Assembly (NCBI GenBank): GCA_017409025.1 | Contig: JAFQTN010000007.1 | Coordinates: forward strand, 3,038-67,037 | Source of the DNA: Bacilli bacterium | GTDB lineage: Bacteria > Bacillota_I > Bacilli_A > RF39 > UBA660 | Direction of reading: 5' to 3' | DNA: 64,000 nt | In this document: one piece after another, positions 9,439 to 20,085 of the stretch | How the letters are laid out: each line of letters starts with the position of its first letter | Position numbering within the stretch: position 1 is the stretch's first letter | Notes under the pieces: generated by a model | What the model was told of the DNA's origin: nothing | Database searches by the model: none | What the model saw: the letters and a program-made list of their open reading frames with translations, nothing else | Translations under genes and position numbers: made by a program

Positions 9439-10572
9439 ATGGAACAAGTTAAAATTAATAATAAAGATATAATTATTATGAATTTAACTCATTATTTTAT
9501 AACTGAACAAAATTATAATCCAGTTATAGTACATGGAATTAATGATGAGATATGGTTAGAGAATATGAATAGTGATTATAAAATTATAAGAATAGTATCT
9601 AAGTATATCCATAATAATGAACAACTTAATTTTGATAAGTTTAGATCTAGACAAATTACTAAGAAATTAAAAAAGAAAACATTTTCTTTTAAGATGAATG
9701 TATTAAATATTTATATTGATTTAGGAGATAATGTTACTAATATAAGTAGTGAAGATAATAAGGATGTATCAGTATTTATTAGTAAGGTATCAGATATAGG
9801 TAAGTCTGTTATGAAAGAAATATTTCCGGATATAGTAGAAAAGACTCGTCATGAGGAGAAAGGGATGGATTTTCTATTTAAAATAACGGATGATATAAAT
9901 GTATCTAATGAAAAGAAAAATAAGACTATGGAAAAGATTTTTTCTTCGAAGAAACCAATAATTACTTATATAATAATGGCATTATGTTTACTAATGTTTA
10001 TAATTACTGGTATGGGAGTTAATACTTTGACTTTAGTTAGGTATGGTGCCAATGTAGGTAGTTTAGTTAAAAGTGGGGAAGTCTATAGACTTATAACATA
10101 TATGTTTTTACATGCTGGTATTATTCATATATTTTTCAATATGTATTCTTTATATGTTGTTGGTCCTAGAGTAGAAGATTTTTATGGTAGATGGAAATTT
10201 TTGCTGATTTATATTTTTAGTGGTATAAGCGGTGGACTTTTATCTGTTTCATTAAATGGAGATGCTATATCAGTTGGTGCTAGTGGAGCTATATTTGGTC
10301 TTTTTGGTGCACTTTTATATTTTGGATACAATTATAGAGGTTACATAGGTTCTATGATTAAAAGCCAGATATTACCAATAGTTATATATAACTTAGTTAT
10401 AGGATTCTTTATATCAGGTATTGATATGTGGGGGCATGTAGGAGGCCTTATTGGAGGAATACTTACTTCTTATATGTTAGGTACTATAGAAAATAAGAAA
10501 TATAGTTTTAGTAATATTTTAGTATTTTTAATATATTTTGGATTTTTAATATATTTAGCTATATTTAGATAA
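9439..10572 (+). CDS. Rhomboid family intramembrane serine protease (GluP-like)
   Basis: YRLITYMFLH, HIFFNM, GASGAIFG, GHVGG. Confidence 0.9.
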   Translation: MEQVKINNKDIIIMNLTHYFITEQNYNPVIVHGINDEIWLENMNSDYKIIRIVSKYIHNNEQLNFDKFRSRQITKKLKKKTFSFKMNVLNIYIDLGDNVTNISSEDNKDVSVFISKVSDIGKSVMKEIFPDIVEKTRHEEKGMDFLFKITDDINVSNEKKNKTMEKIFSSKKPIITYIIMALCLLMFIITGMGVNTLTLVRYGANVGSLVKSGEVYRLITYMFLHAGIIHIFFNMYSLYVVGPRVEDFYGRWKFLLIYIFSGISGGLLSVSLNGDAISVGASGAIFGLFGALLYFGYNYRGYIGSMIKSQILPIVIYNLVIGFFISGIDMWGHVGGLIGGILTSYMLGTIENKKYSFSNILVFLIYFGFLIYLAIFR

Positions 10573-10589
10573 AAAAACATAACTGTTAA

Positions 10590-10982
10590 TTATGATACAG
10601 TTATGTTTTTTGATGTTTTTTTAGGAATGTCTTCTTTAGGAAATGATATTTGAAGAATACCTTCATGATGAGTTGCTTTAATATCGGTTTCTTTTTTTAT
10701 GCCAATATAGAAACTTCTTTTTATTTCTCCATAAAATCTTTCTCTTCTTATATAAGTGTTTGGATTAGAAGTGAGAGTATTTTTTGTTGCTTTAATAGTA
10801 AGATATCCATTTTCATAATTGATTTTAATATCTGTTTTCTTTATACCTGGTAAATCCATTTCAATAATATACTTGTTATTTGATTCATATATGTCAGTTC
10901 TCATGTATTCTTTTTCTTTGTTATATGGTGTATCAAATAAATCAAAATAATCGTTTAAATAATAATTTCTTTTTGGTAACAT
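10590..10982 (-). CDS. Small heat-shock protein (Hsp20)
   Basis: MRTDIYE, DLPG, RRERFYG, GILQI..PK. Confidence 0.9.
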   Translation of the reverse strand: MLPKRNYYLNDYFDLFDTPYNKEKEYMRTDIYESNNKYIIEMDLPGIKKTDIKINYENGYLTIKATKNTLTSNPNTYIRRERFYGEIKRSFYIGIKKETDIKATHHEGILQISFPKEDIPKKTSKNITVS

Positions 10983-11098
10983 ATTATCTTCCTTTCTTTT
11001 ATAATATTAACTAAATATTTCCAAATATACTGAAAATGTTTAATTATGTAAATTATACTAGGAGTATTTATGAATGTTAGATTTTGTGATATAATTAT

Positions 11099-12196
11099 AT
11101 GGGTGGTTATATGTATAAGAAGGCTATTGAGGTTTTGAATAAATTCTATGAAAATGGTTATTTAGCTTATATAGTCGGTGGATATCCAAGAGACACTTTA
11201 CTTGGTATTAAAACTAAGGATATTGACATTTGTACTAATGCTAAGCCTATGGAGATTATGAATTTATTTGATACGGAAGCAGTTAATGATGTTAAATATG
11301 GTTCTGTATGTGTAATATATAAGAATTATAAGTTTGACGTTACTACTTTTAGAAAAGATATTAAATATGAAGATAATAGAAAACCTATTAAAATAAAATA
11401 TATTAATGATTTAAAGAAGGATTTACTTAGAAGAGATTTTACAATTAATACTATATGTATTGATAAAGATGGTAATTATATAGATTTACTTAATGCTAAA
11501 GATGATATAGATAGGAAGATCATTAAGACTGTTGGTAATCCTAGATATAGATTAATGGAAGATTCTTTAAGAATACTTAGAGCTATTAGGTTTGCTTCGA
11601 TATTAGATTTTGAAATTGATAATAAAACAAAAAATTATATTGTTAAATATGGATATCTATTAAAGAATTTATCTAGTTCTAGAAAGAAAGAAGAACTTGG
11701 GAAGATATTTTCTTGCGTTAATAAAGAAAAAGCTAGAAGTTTACTTATTTCTTTAGACATCGATAAATACTTGGGTATTAAAAATTTAGATAAAATAGTT
11801 TTATGTGATGATATTATTGGTATATGGAGTCAGTTAGAATTTGAGGATGATTATCCAATGTCTAAATCTGAAAAAGAATTAATAAAAAATATCAAAGAAA
11901 TGTTAGAAATGGATATTGATAGTTATAGTATTTATAAATATGGGTTATATGTATCTCAAGTAGTTGGTTCTATTAAAGGAATTAGTTATAAAAATATTAA
12001 TAATATATATAAAAGTTTACCTATATATTCTAAGAAAGAAATAAATATTAAAGCTATGGATATTGCTAGTATTTTAAAAAAAGAACCTGGTAATTATTTG
12101 AGTGATATTTTACTCGATATAGAAAAGAAAATAGTTATTGGAGATATTATTAATGAATATGATAGTTTGGTTAAATATGTTAAGGAAAATTATTAG
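11099..12196 (+). CDS. cca: CCA tRNA nucleotidyltransferase
   Basis: VGGYPRD, DIDI, RRDFTIN, EDSLRILRAIRF. Confidence 0.9.
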   Translation: MGGYMYKKAIEVLNKFYENGYLAYIVGGYPRDTLLGIKTKDIDICTNAKPMEIMNLFDTEAVNDVKYGSVCVIYKNYKFDVTTFRKDIKYEDNRKPIKIKYINDLKKDLLRRDFTINTICIDKDGNYIDLLNAKDDIDRKIIKTVGNPRYRLMEDSLRILRAIRFASILDFEIDNKTKNYIVKYGYLLKNLSSSRKKEELGKIFSCVNKEKARSLLISLDIDKYLGIKNLDKIVLCDDIIGIWSQLEFEDDYPMSKSEKELIKNIKEMLEMDIDSYSIYKYGLYVSQVVGSIKGISYKNINNIYKSLPIYSKKEINIKAMDIASILKKEPGNYLSDILLDIEKKIVIGDIINEYDSLVKYVKENY

Positions 12197-12204
12197 GAGG
12201 TTTT

Positions 12205-13179
12205 ATGGGTTTGTTTGATAAATTAAAAAATGTTTTTAAAACTGATAAGAAAAAGGAAGAGGAAGTAAAAAATTATGATACTGGTTTAGAAAAAACTAGA
12301 TGTGAGTTTGTTAGTAAACTAAGTAACTTGTCAGTAAAATATAAAAATATATCAGAGGATTATTTTGAAGAGTTAGAGAATATTTTAATTATGGCAGATA
12401 TTGGTGTAGGTACTGTTATGAATTTTGTTGATAGATTAAAAGATAGAGTTAGGAAAGAAAAAATTACGGATAGTAATATTTTGAAGGAAATAATTGTAGA
12501 TGAATTATTTATAATGTATGTTGGTAATAATATTATAGATAGTAAGATTCATTTTAATGATAACGGACCTACGGTAATTTTATTTGTTGGTGTTAATGGT
12601 GTAGGTAAAACTACGACGATTGGTAAGATAGCCTCAATGTATAAGAAAAAAGGTAAGAAAGTAATGCTTGTGGCTGGGGATACTTTTAGGGCTGGAGCTA
12701 TAGAACAACTTTCTGAATGGGGAGATAGAACAGATACAAAAGTAGTTAGTTCAGAGTCTAAAGATCCCTCATCTGTTATATATGATGCGTTAGAAATTGC
12801 TAAGAATGAAGAATATGATATGGTATTGATTGATACTGCTGGTAGATTACAGAATAAAAGTAATTTGATGGAGGAATTATCTAAAATAAATAGAGTTATT
12901 AAAAAGATTATTCCTGATGGAGCAGATGAAACATTATTAGTTGTGGATGCTACTACTGGGCAAAATGGCATTAGTCAAGCTAAGTCTTTTAAAGAAATTA
13001 CTGATATAACAGGAATAGTATTAACTAAATTAGATGGTACTGCAAAAGGGGGAATAGTATTAGCTATTAAGGAAGAAGTTAATATACCGGTTAAGTTTGT
13101 GGGACTAGGGGAAAGAGAAGATCAAATTGAAGCGTTTGATATAGAAAAATATATATATGGATTATTTAAGGATTTATAG
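12205..13179 (+). CDS. ftsY: SRP receptor FtsY
   Basis: GVNGVGKTTT, DTFRAGA, DTAGR, TKLDGTAKGG. Confidence 0.97.
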   Translation: MGLFDKLKNVFKTDKKKEEEVKNYDTGLEKTRCEFVSKLSNLSVKYKNISEDYFEELENILIMADIGVGTVMNFVDRLKDRVRKEKITDSNILKEIIVDELFIMYVGNNIIDSKIHFNDNGPTVILFVGVNGVGKTTTIGKIASMYKKKGKKVMLVAGDTFRAGAIEQLSEWGDRTDTKVVSSESKDPSSVIYDALEIAKNEEYDMVLIDTAGRLQNKSNLMEELSKINRVIKKIIPDGADETLLVVDATTGQNGISQAKSFKEITDITGIVLTKLDGTAKGGIVLAIKEEVNIPVKFVGLGEREDQIEAFDIEKYIYGLFKDL

Positions 13180-13189
13180 GGAGAAAATT

Positions 13190-13432
13190 ATGAATAAAGA
13201 AACACAGAAATTATTTAGTATAGTTAGTTTATTTGCATTTTTAGTAACATTAGTATTATCTTTTATGAATACATCATTTATTAGTGCTTGTATGCTTATG
13301 TTATCATTACTATTATTTAGTATTTGTTACACTCTAAAAAATGATAAAAAAGTTAAAGTATACATATTATTTATAGTAGGAGTATTATTAATAATAGGTT
13401 CATTAGTATATACTTATATGAGGATAAATTAA
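13190..13432 (+). CDS. Small 3-TM membrane protein
   Basis: Hydrophobic ORF, RBS GGGAG, coupled to ylxM. Confidence 0.6.
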   Translation: MNKETQKLFSIVSLFAFLVTLVLSFMNTSFISACMLMLSLLLFSICYTLKNDKKVKVYILFIVGVLLIIGSLVYTYMRIN

Positions 13433-13725
13433 TGGAAGATAGAGAATATTTAGTAATATTATATGATTATTATGGAGAATTACTTAATGATATTCAAAAA
13501 AAATACTTTGAAGAATATTATTTTGATAATTTATCTTTATCTGAGATAAGTGAAAATGATGGTAAGAGTAGGAATGCAATACATAAATCTATTAAGAATA
13601 GTTCTTCTAAATTATATGAATATGAAGAAAAATTAGGTTTATATGAAAAAAAGAAAAAATTAGATAGAGTAATAGATAAAATAGATGATGTAGAAATTAA
13701 GAATATATTAAAGGAGTTAATATGA
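13432..13725 (+). CDS. ylxM: YlxM/UPF0122 HTH protein
   Basis: LYDYYGELL...DNLSLSEI...SRNAIH...LYEYEEKLGL, next to ftsY. Confidence 0.9.
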   Translation: MEDREYLVILYDYYGELLNDIQKKYFEEYYFDNLSLSEISENDGKSRNAIHKSIKNSSSKLYEYEEKLGLYEKKKKLDRVIDKIDDVEIKNILKELI

Positions 13726-13883
13726 GAGATAGATTACCAGTACATATAGAGAATAGAGAAATGCCTAAGGATATAAGTGTTGATAATGATAGAGATTCTT
13801 ATGGGTATGTAAATATATTGTATTTAACTTCAATTATAATTACTATAGCAAGTATTTTAACAATAGTTTTTTTAGAAAAATAG
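13722..13883 (+). CDS. Unannotated 53-aa tail-anchored small protein
   Basis: AAGGAG RBS, ATGA overlap with ylxM stop; MRDRLPVHIENREMPKDISVDNDRDSYGYVNILYLTSIIITIASILTIVFLEK fills the gap to the next gene. Confidence 0.65.
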   Translation: MRDRLPVHIENREMPKDISVDNDRDSYGYVNILYLTSIIITIASILTIVFLEK

Positions 13884-13893
13884 GTGATAAATA

Positions 13894-14805
13894 ATGAACA
13901 ATAATGATAGTATATTGGAAAGATATGGAGAAAATTTAACTAAGGTTAAATATTTGGTTAATCCAGCTGTTGCTAGGGATAAAGAATTAAAAGAATTGGT
14001 TATGGTATTATTAACTCCAGAGAAATCGGCTGTACTTGTTGGTAAACCTGGTATTGGTAAGACAGCAATTGTTGAAGGTCTTGCTTATAGATTACAACTA
14101 GGTGACATTCCTAATGCATTAAAAGGATATTCTGTTTATAAAATAAGTACTCCATCTTTGATTGGAAATCATGGTGGTGAGAATAAAGTTATGGCTTTGG
14201 TTGAGGAGTTAAAAACGAAAGATAAAATAATTTTATTTATCGATGAAATACATATGCTTATGGGTGCTAGTAATCAAGGACCAATGGATTTAGCTAATAT
14301 GTTTAAAGAAGGTTTAAGTAGAGGTAGTGTTAAAATTGTTGGTGCTACGACAGTAGATGAGTATGAGAGATATATTTTAAGGGATAAGGCGTTTGTACGT
14401 AGATTTGAAAAAGTTGATATTGCTGAACCAACTCAAGAAATGTGTACTCAAATACTTATGAGAACTATTCCTAAAATAGAAATTCAAACTGGTGTAAAAC
14501 TTCCTTATACAGATTTTATAAAAGAAAATATTTGTAAATTTATTGTAAATATGACAAGTGAATATAAAAGAGTATATGAAATATCTTCTAGATATCCTGA
14601 TATTGCTTTAGTTGTTTTAAGACAAGCTTTTTCAGCTGCATTATATGATAATAAAAATCAAGTCGGTTTTAAACATATATATGAAGCTATTAAGACTACC
14701 AAAGCAGTATATCCTGATGTTATAAAAAAAGAGTTAGTAGTATTTATGGAAGAATTTAAAGATGAACTTTCTTTAGAGGGTGTAGTTGTAGAAATTCCAG
14801 AATAG
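13894..14805 (+). CDS. Single-domain Clp-type (ClpA/B NBD1-like) AAA+ ATPase
   Basis: GKPGIGKTAIVEGLA, ILFIDEIH, VGATTVDEY, DKAFVRRF; lacks N-domain and NBD2. Confidence 0.85.
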   Translation: MNNNDSILERYGENLTKVKYLVNPAVARDKELKELVMVLLTPEKSAVLVGKPGIGKTAIVEGLAYRLQLGDIPNALKGYSVYKISTPSLIGNHGGENKVMALVEELKTKDKIILFIDEIHMLMGASNQGPMDLANMFKEGLSRGSVKIVGATTVDEYERYILRDKAFVRRFEKVDIAEPTQEMCTQILMRTIPKIEIQTGVKLPYTDFIKENICKFIVNMTSEYKRVYEISSRYPDIALVVLRQAFSAALYDNKNQVGFKHIYEAIKTTKAVYPDVIKKELVVFMEEFKDELSLEGVVVEIPE

Positions 14806-14814
14806 GAGAATATT

Positions 14815-16275
14815 ATGAAATTAAATAAATTATTAGAAAAAATAGATTATACTTTACTTAAAGGAAATGTAGAAGTAGAGATTAGTGATTTGGCATATGA
14901 TTCAAGGAATGTATTTGATGGATATGTTTTTGTTTCAATTATTGGTAATAATGTAGATGGTCATGATTATATTGATAATGCAATAGAAAATGGTGCTAAG
15001 GCTATAATTGTTAGTAAAGATATAGAAATAGATAAAGATATTACTATTGTTAAGGTAGAAGATACTAATAAAGTTTTATCTAGATTATCAATGAATTTAT
15101 TTGATAATCCACATAAAAAGATGACTACGATAGCTATTACTGGTACTAAGGGTAAGACTACTACTAGTTTTATGATTAAAAAAATAATTGAAGAATCTGG
15201 TAGAAAATGTGGTGTTATTGGTACTACTGGTATATATATTGGAGATAAATATTATCCTAATAAGAATACTACACCACTATCTTATGATACTTTAAAATAT
15301 ATGAATGAAATGGTTTCTGATAAGATAGAATATGTAGTTATGGAAGTGTCTAGTCAAGCGTTAAAGTATGATAGAGTAAATGATATTATTTTTGATTATG
15401 GAATATTTACTAATTTAACACAAGATCATATTGGTGAATTTGAACATAGTGATATGGAAGATTATGTAAGTAGTAAATCTAAGTTATTTAAACAATGTGT
15501 TCATGGTGTATTTAATTTAGATGACAAGTATTTCTTTGATATGGTTAATATGGGTGAATCTTCAATAAATACTTATGGGTATTCAGATAAAGCTGATTTA
15601 AGGGTTACATCAATGAATTTATATAGAGATGGTAGTAAGATAGGGATAGATTTAGAATTAGACGGCGTTATAAAGGATAAATTTAGAGTAAGTACTCCTG
15701 GTAAATTTTCTTCCTATAATGCTATGTCTGCAATTTTAACTTGCTATTTAATCGGTATAGATGTAAAATATATATCACTTGCATTAAAAGATTTTTCTGT
15801 TAAAGGAAGAGTTGAACCTGTTCATGTATCTGATAAGTTTACGTTACTTATAGATTATGCTCATAATGGAGTTAGTACTGAGAGTATATTAACAACAATT
15901 AGGGAATATAATCCAAAAAGAATTGTAACTATATTTGGTTGTGGTGGTAATCGTAGTCGTGATAGAAGATATGAAATGGGTGAAATTGCTGGCAAATATT
16001 CAGATTATTGTATTATTACTGAAGATAATAATAGATTTGAAGAGTTTGATGATATAGCTAAAGATATATTAGTTGGAATGAATAAGACTGATTGTGAATA
16101 TACAATTATTTCTGATAGAAAAGAAGCTATTAAATATGCTATTTTGAACGGTCTTCCTGGAGATATTATTATGTTAATTGGTAAAGGACATGAAGATTAC
16201 AAGGAAATAAAAGGTGTAAGATATCCTTTTGATGAAAGAATAGTTATTAAGGAAATACTTGAAGAGATAAAATAG
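14815..16275 (+). CDS. murE: UDP-N-acetylmuramoyl-dipeptide amino-acid ligase MurE
   Basis: ITGTKGKTT, MEVSS, FTNLTQDH, DYAHN, GCGGNR, DNNR, GKGHE. Confidence 0.93.
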   Translation: MKLNKLLEKIDYTLLKGNVEVEISDLAYDSRNVFDGYVFVSIIGNNVDGHDYIDNAIENGAKAIIVSKDIEIDKDITIVKVEDTNKVLSRLSMNLFDNPHKKMTTIAITGTKGKTTTSFMIKKIIEESGRKCGVIGTTGIYIGDKYYPNKNTTPLSYDTLKYMNEMVSDKIEYVVMEVSSQALKYDRVNDIIFDYGIFTNLTQDHIGEFEHSDMEDYVSSKSKLFKQCVHGVFNLDDKYFFDMVNMGESSINTYGYSDKADLRVTSMNLYRDGSKIGIDLELDGVIKDKFRVSTPGKFSSYNAMSAILTCYLIGIDVKYISLALKDFSVKGRVEPVHVSDKFTLLIDYAHNGVSTESILTTIREYNPKRIVTIFGCGGNRSRDRRYEMGEIAGKYSDYCIITEDNNRFEEFDDIAKDILVGMNKTDCEYTIISDRKEAIKYAILNGLPGDIIMLIGKGHEDYKEIKGVRYPFDERIVIKEILEEIK

Positions 16276-16317
16276 TGGGTTTTTAATTGAATTTTAGTAG
16301 TAATGAGGTAGAGTTTT

Positions 16318-16926
16318 ATGATTTTTGACGAGTATTTTGATAGGGCATTATGGTTAATGTTACAAGGAAACAAAAAAAGTAGAGATATTTTAATTAATTT
16401 TGTTAATAGTTTAACAGATGAAATGTATGAGATTTTACGTAAAATATCAAAAGAATATTATTCAGATGCATCTATAGTTGCATCATATTATGAGCATTTT
16501 GGAAATAAATATGATTTATCAATAAAATATAAAAGTAATTATTTAACAATAGTATTAAAAAAGTATACAGACAGTAAAAAAGATAAATTAGATGAAAGTT
16601 ATGAAGTGTCATTATATTCAATTCTTAACAATTTTATAGGTAATAATAGTCCGTTAAAAAAAACAACGATAGGTTCTGTTGATTATAAAAAAAGTAAAGA
16701 AAAGAGTAATGTTGAGTCTTGTGGGAAAAAAACAACTTTTTTACGTACTAATTATGAATTTTCATATAATTTTAAACGTTGTTTATTAGAAACAAGGGAT
16801 CTTCTTGATTTTTGTTTATTTACTCCGAAAAGGGTTAATTTAGAACAAATGCCAAGTGATATTTATTCTTCATGTATTTTAAATGACAAGAATGAGAATA
16901 TTATGACTAAAAAGAGAAAAAAGTAA
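16318..16926 (+). CDS. Hypothetical protein, tandem paralog 1
   Basis: Shared N-terminus FDRALWLMLQGNKKSRDILINFVNSL. Confidence 0.7.
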   Translation: MIFDEYFDRALWLMLQGNKKSRDILINFVNSLTDEMYEILRKISKEYYSDASIVASYYEHFGNKYDLSIKYKSNYLTIVLKKYTDSKKDKLDESYEVSLYSILNNFIGNNSPLKKTTIGSVDYKKSKEKSNVESCGKKTTFLRTNYEFSYNFKRCLLETRDLLDFCLFTPKRVNLEQMPSDIYSSCILNDKNENIMTKKRKK

Positions 16927-16947
16927 AAAAATTAAGGATGGGAGTTT

Positions 16948-17541
16948 ATGGTATTTAATTTTGATTATGATAAGGCATTATGGATAATGCTACAAGGAGA
17001 TAAAATCAATAGAGAGGTTTTAATAAAATTTATCAATAGTTTAACTAATGATATGTATAAATGTATTCATGATTTAATATATAATGATTCTAGAAAATCA
17101 AATATAACTTGTCTTTTAGGTGATAATTTTACATTGTATGTTGAATTACATGATAAGGAGTTAACTATTAAATTAAATCAGTTTAATATATCAAAAGAAA
17201 GGGTAGAAGAATTTTTTTCCTTAACTTTGGTACCTTTAGAGAATACTGATAAATTATTAAAAAAGGATGAAAAAGAGTTATATATTGGAAATTTTAATTA
17301 TAAAACAAGACAACTATATCCAGTGGTAGATGAATTTGTTGAAATTAGAGAAAAAGAAAATGTTAATTATGTTTTAAAAAAGAAATTATTTGGATATAGT
17401 TTATTTATGGTATCACCGGGTAAAAATTGTGCATTAGAACAATCAATGGTAGATATAAAAAATATTCCTGATAAAATTTATCCTCATTATTTTACTAGTG
17501 AGTCAAGGCAAAGACGTCTTATAAGAAGAAGAAATAGATAA
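16948..17541 (+). CDS. Hypothetical protein, tandem paralog 2
   Basis: YDKALWIMLQGDKINREVLIKFINSL. Confidence 0.7.
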   Translation: MVFNFDYDKALWIMLQGDKINREVLIKFINSLTNDMYKCIHDLIYNDSRKSNITCLLGDNFTLYVELHDKELTIKLNQFNISKERVEEFFSLTLVPLENTDKLLKKDEKELYIGNFNYKTRQLYPVVDEFVEIREKENVNYVLKKKLFGYSLFMVSPGKNCALEQSMVDIKNIPDKIYPHYFTSESRQRRLIRRRNR

Positions 17542-17556
17542 CTTTTAGGTGAGGTA

Positions 17557-18147
17557 ATGGTATTAAGGGTAACTTATGATAAATCTTTATGGTTTATATT
17601 GAAAAATGATAAAAAAAATAGAAATAGAATATTGAGTTTTTTTAAAAACTTTCCTTCTAATTTATATCAACAATTATTAAATGAAATGCGTAATAGAAGA
17701 ATAATTAATGAATATAATGAAGAGGTTATTGATGGTATTTTATATTATTATGAGTTTAATCGTAGTGATGGTAGTATATGCATTGGTAATTGTTACAAGG
17801 ATAATTGTGAAGAAAATGACATATTTTTAATTAAATTATATCCTTTTAGAAGTGTTGATACAAATGGAAAAAATATTTCTCTTGGGAGTATAATTTATCA
17901 AAATAAAGAAGTGTATAGAGATTATATTTATGATTGTGGTAAACTGGAATATTGTTTAACTAAAAAATCAGACCGAGTATATTTTGTAACTTATAATGAA
18001 TATGGTGTTTTGGTAAAAAAAAGGAATAAAAAAGTTAATATTTTAGAGGTTCCTTCAACTGTTAATTTTGCATCTTTTGATAAAAAAAATAATCATGTTT
18101 TAAGAAGAAAAATAAATGGTACGGTTATACCACATAAACAATATTAA
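17557..18147 (+). CDS. Hypothetical protein, tandem paralog 3
   Basis: YDKSLWFILKNDKKNRNRILSFFKNF. Confidence 0.7.
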   Translation: MVLRVTYDKSLWFILKNDKKNRNRILSFFKNFPSNLYQQLLNEMRNRRIINEYNEEVIDGILYYYEFNRSDGSICIGNCYKDNCEENDIFLIKLYPFRSVDTNGKNISLGSIIYQNKEVYRDYIYDCGKLEYCLTKKSDRVYFVTYNEYGVLVKKRNKKVNILEVPSTVNFASFDKKNNHVLRRKINGTVIPHKQY

Positions 18148-18185
18148 AATTATATAATATAAAAAAATCAAGAATTCTTGATTTT

Positions 18186-19124
18186 TTATTTATTTATCAT
18201 TTTACTTTCATAGAATAATGGAAGTAGAACATAATTTTTATTTTGTAAGTATTCGATTACATCAGGTAATATACTTAGTGTGATATTACTATAATCGTGA
18301 AATAAGATTACTTCGATATCTTCGTTGATAGTTTTTTTAAGATTGTTCATAGCATCTTGTTTGCTAGCAACAAATCCGCCGTCACCATTAGATGCTGTCC
18401 AATCGACCCATCCATATCCTAAATTTTTAAGTTCTTTAACAATGCTATTTCTTAAACTTCCAGCTGAAGCAATTCCTCCAGGGAATCTAACAATATTAGT
18501 AGTTATTCCAGTTCTATCTTTGATTAATTTTTCTTGTTTTTTAACATTATTTATAAAAGAATTGGTACTACTGTAAAGTCCATAAAATATTTGGTGAGAA
18601 TATGTATGATTTGCCATTGTGTGACCATATTTAGCAGTTTTTGCATATAATTCTTTACAAGATTTACTTCTGTTATCATAACAGCTTTCTTTATCTAGAC
18701 CAATTGTGAAAAATGTTGCTCTAACATTATATTTTTCTAAAACTTCTAAATACTTATGAGTTAGATAATATGGACCATCATCAAAGGTTAAATATGCTAT
18801 CTTATAATCTACTTCTTTATTTGATACTTTATCTTCAAAGGCTTTTAAATTTTCAAAATATTCATTTTTTATTTCATTAATTTCTTCATCAATGTTTTTA
18901 AGATGAGTTAATTCTTTTTCTAATTCTTTAGTTTTAGTTTCACTAGTGTTGAAATTGTTTTTTTGGGAATTAAGTTCATTAATATTTAAATTTCTTTTTT
19001 TATCTATATTTATATTTAATTTTATAAAGTATATGTTGGCAACAATTAATAAAATTATAAGAGAAATGTTTAAAAAATTAACTAGTTTATTTTTTCTTTT
19101 ATTTCTTGATTCCATTTTATCCAT
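18186..19124 (-). CDS. Polysaccharide (peptidoglycan) deacetylase, membrane anchored
   Basis: YLTFDDGP, ANHTYSH, RFPGG, LFHD. Confidence 0.92.
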   Translation of the reverse strand: MDKMESRNKRKNKLVNFLNISLIILLIVANIYFIKLNINIDKKRNLNINELNSQKNNFNTSETKTKELEKELTHLKNIDEEINEIKNEYFENLKAFEDKVSNKEVDYKIAYLTFDDGPYYLTHKYLEVLEKYNVRATFFTIGLDKESCYDNRSKSCKELYAKTAKYGHTMANHTYSHQIFYGLYSSTNSFINNVKKQEKLIKDRTGITTNIVRFPGGIASAGSLRNSIVKELKNLGYGWVDWTASNGDGGFVASKQDAMNNLKKTINEDIEVILFHDYSNITLSILPDVIEYLQNKNYVLLPLFYESKMINK

Positions 19125-19357
19125 CTTTCATATTCCCATATTTTATCTTCTTTTTCTGTTTTTATTTTGTTAATTTCTGTTACTAATTCTTCATTCTTTT
19201 TATTATTTATATTTATTTTTTCTTGATAAGAATTAGAATCTTTAACAATATTTTTATTATCAGAAAAAGATGTATAATATTTTAGAATATTAATTGCTAA
19301 TGCAATTAATAAAATAATGGGAATTATGATTGATAAATATTTACTTATTTTATTCAT
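19082..19357 (-). CDS. Small TM plus coiled-coil hypothetical protein
   Basis: N-terminal TM, heptad-like C-terminus. Confidence 0.55.
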   Translation of the reverse strand: MNKISKYLSIIIPIILLIALAINILKYYTSFSDNKNIVKDSNSYQEKININNKKNEELVTEINKIKTEKEDKIWEYERWIKWNQEIKEKIN

Positions 19358-19417
19358 TACTACCAACTACCTTATGTATTTATTTTAACATAAAATAGTT
19401 AAAGATGGTATAGTTAT

Positions 19418-19984
19418 TTATAATATTTTATCAATTATTCCATAATCTAGTGCTTCTTTTGAATTCATATAATAGTCTCTATCGGTATCTTTTTCTATTT
19501 GTTTTATATTTCTTTTAGTATTTTTTGCTAATATAGAGTTAATTTTATTTTTAAGATTTATTATTCTTTTTGCTACGATGTCTATTTCTGTTGCTTGTCC
19601 ATTTACACCACCTAATGGTTGATGAATCATTACTTCACTATTTGGTAGGCAATATCTTTTTCCTTTTTTTCCACAAGATAATAGGAAAGCTCCCATAGAT
19701 GCGGCCATACCAACACAAATTGTTGATACATCACTTTTTACAAAATTCATAGTATCATATATTGCCATACCTGAGGTAATAGAACCACCAGGTGAATTAA
19801 TATATAGTGAAATATCTTCGTTGGAAATACTATCAAGATATAATAATTCGGCAATTACTATATTAGCGGTGTCATCGTTTATTTCACCACTTAATAAAAT
19901 AATTCTATTTTTTAATAATCTTGAGTAAATATCATATGCGCGTTCACCCATACTGCTTTTTTCAATTACTGTTGGAATTAACAT
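19418..19984 (-). CDS. clpP: ATP-dependent Clp protease proteolytic subunit
   Basis: [33 protein letters not shown]. Confidence 0.97.
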   Translation of the reverse strand: MLIPTVIEKSSMGERAYDIYSRLLKNRIILLSGEINDDTANIVIAELLYLDSISNEDISLYINSPGGSITSGMAIYDTMNFVKSDVSTICVGMAASMGAFLLSCGKKGKRYCLPNSEVMIHQPLGGVNGQATEIDIVAKRIINLKNKINSILAKNTKRNIKQIEKDTDRDYYMNSKEALDYGIIDKIL

Positions 19985-20085
19985 TTTTATCACCTGTTAA
20001 TATCATAATATAAATATTTTTATTTTGTTATATAAATGATGCGACAAAAAATTTATATTATGATAAAATTAGATTGGTGATAACT

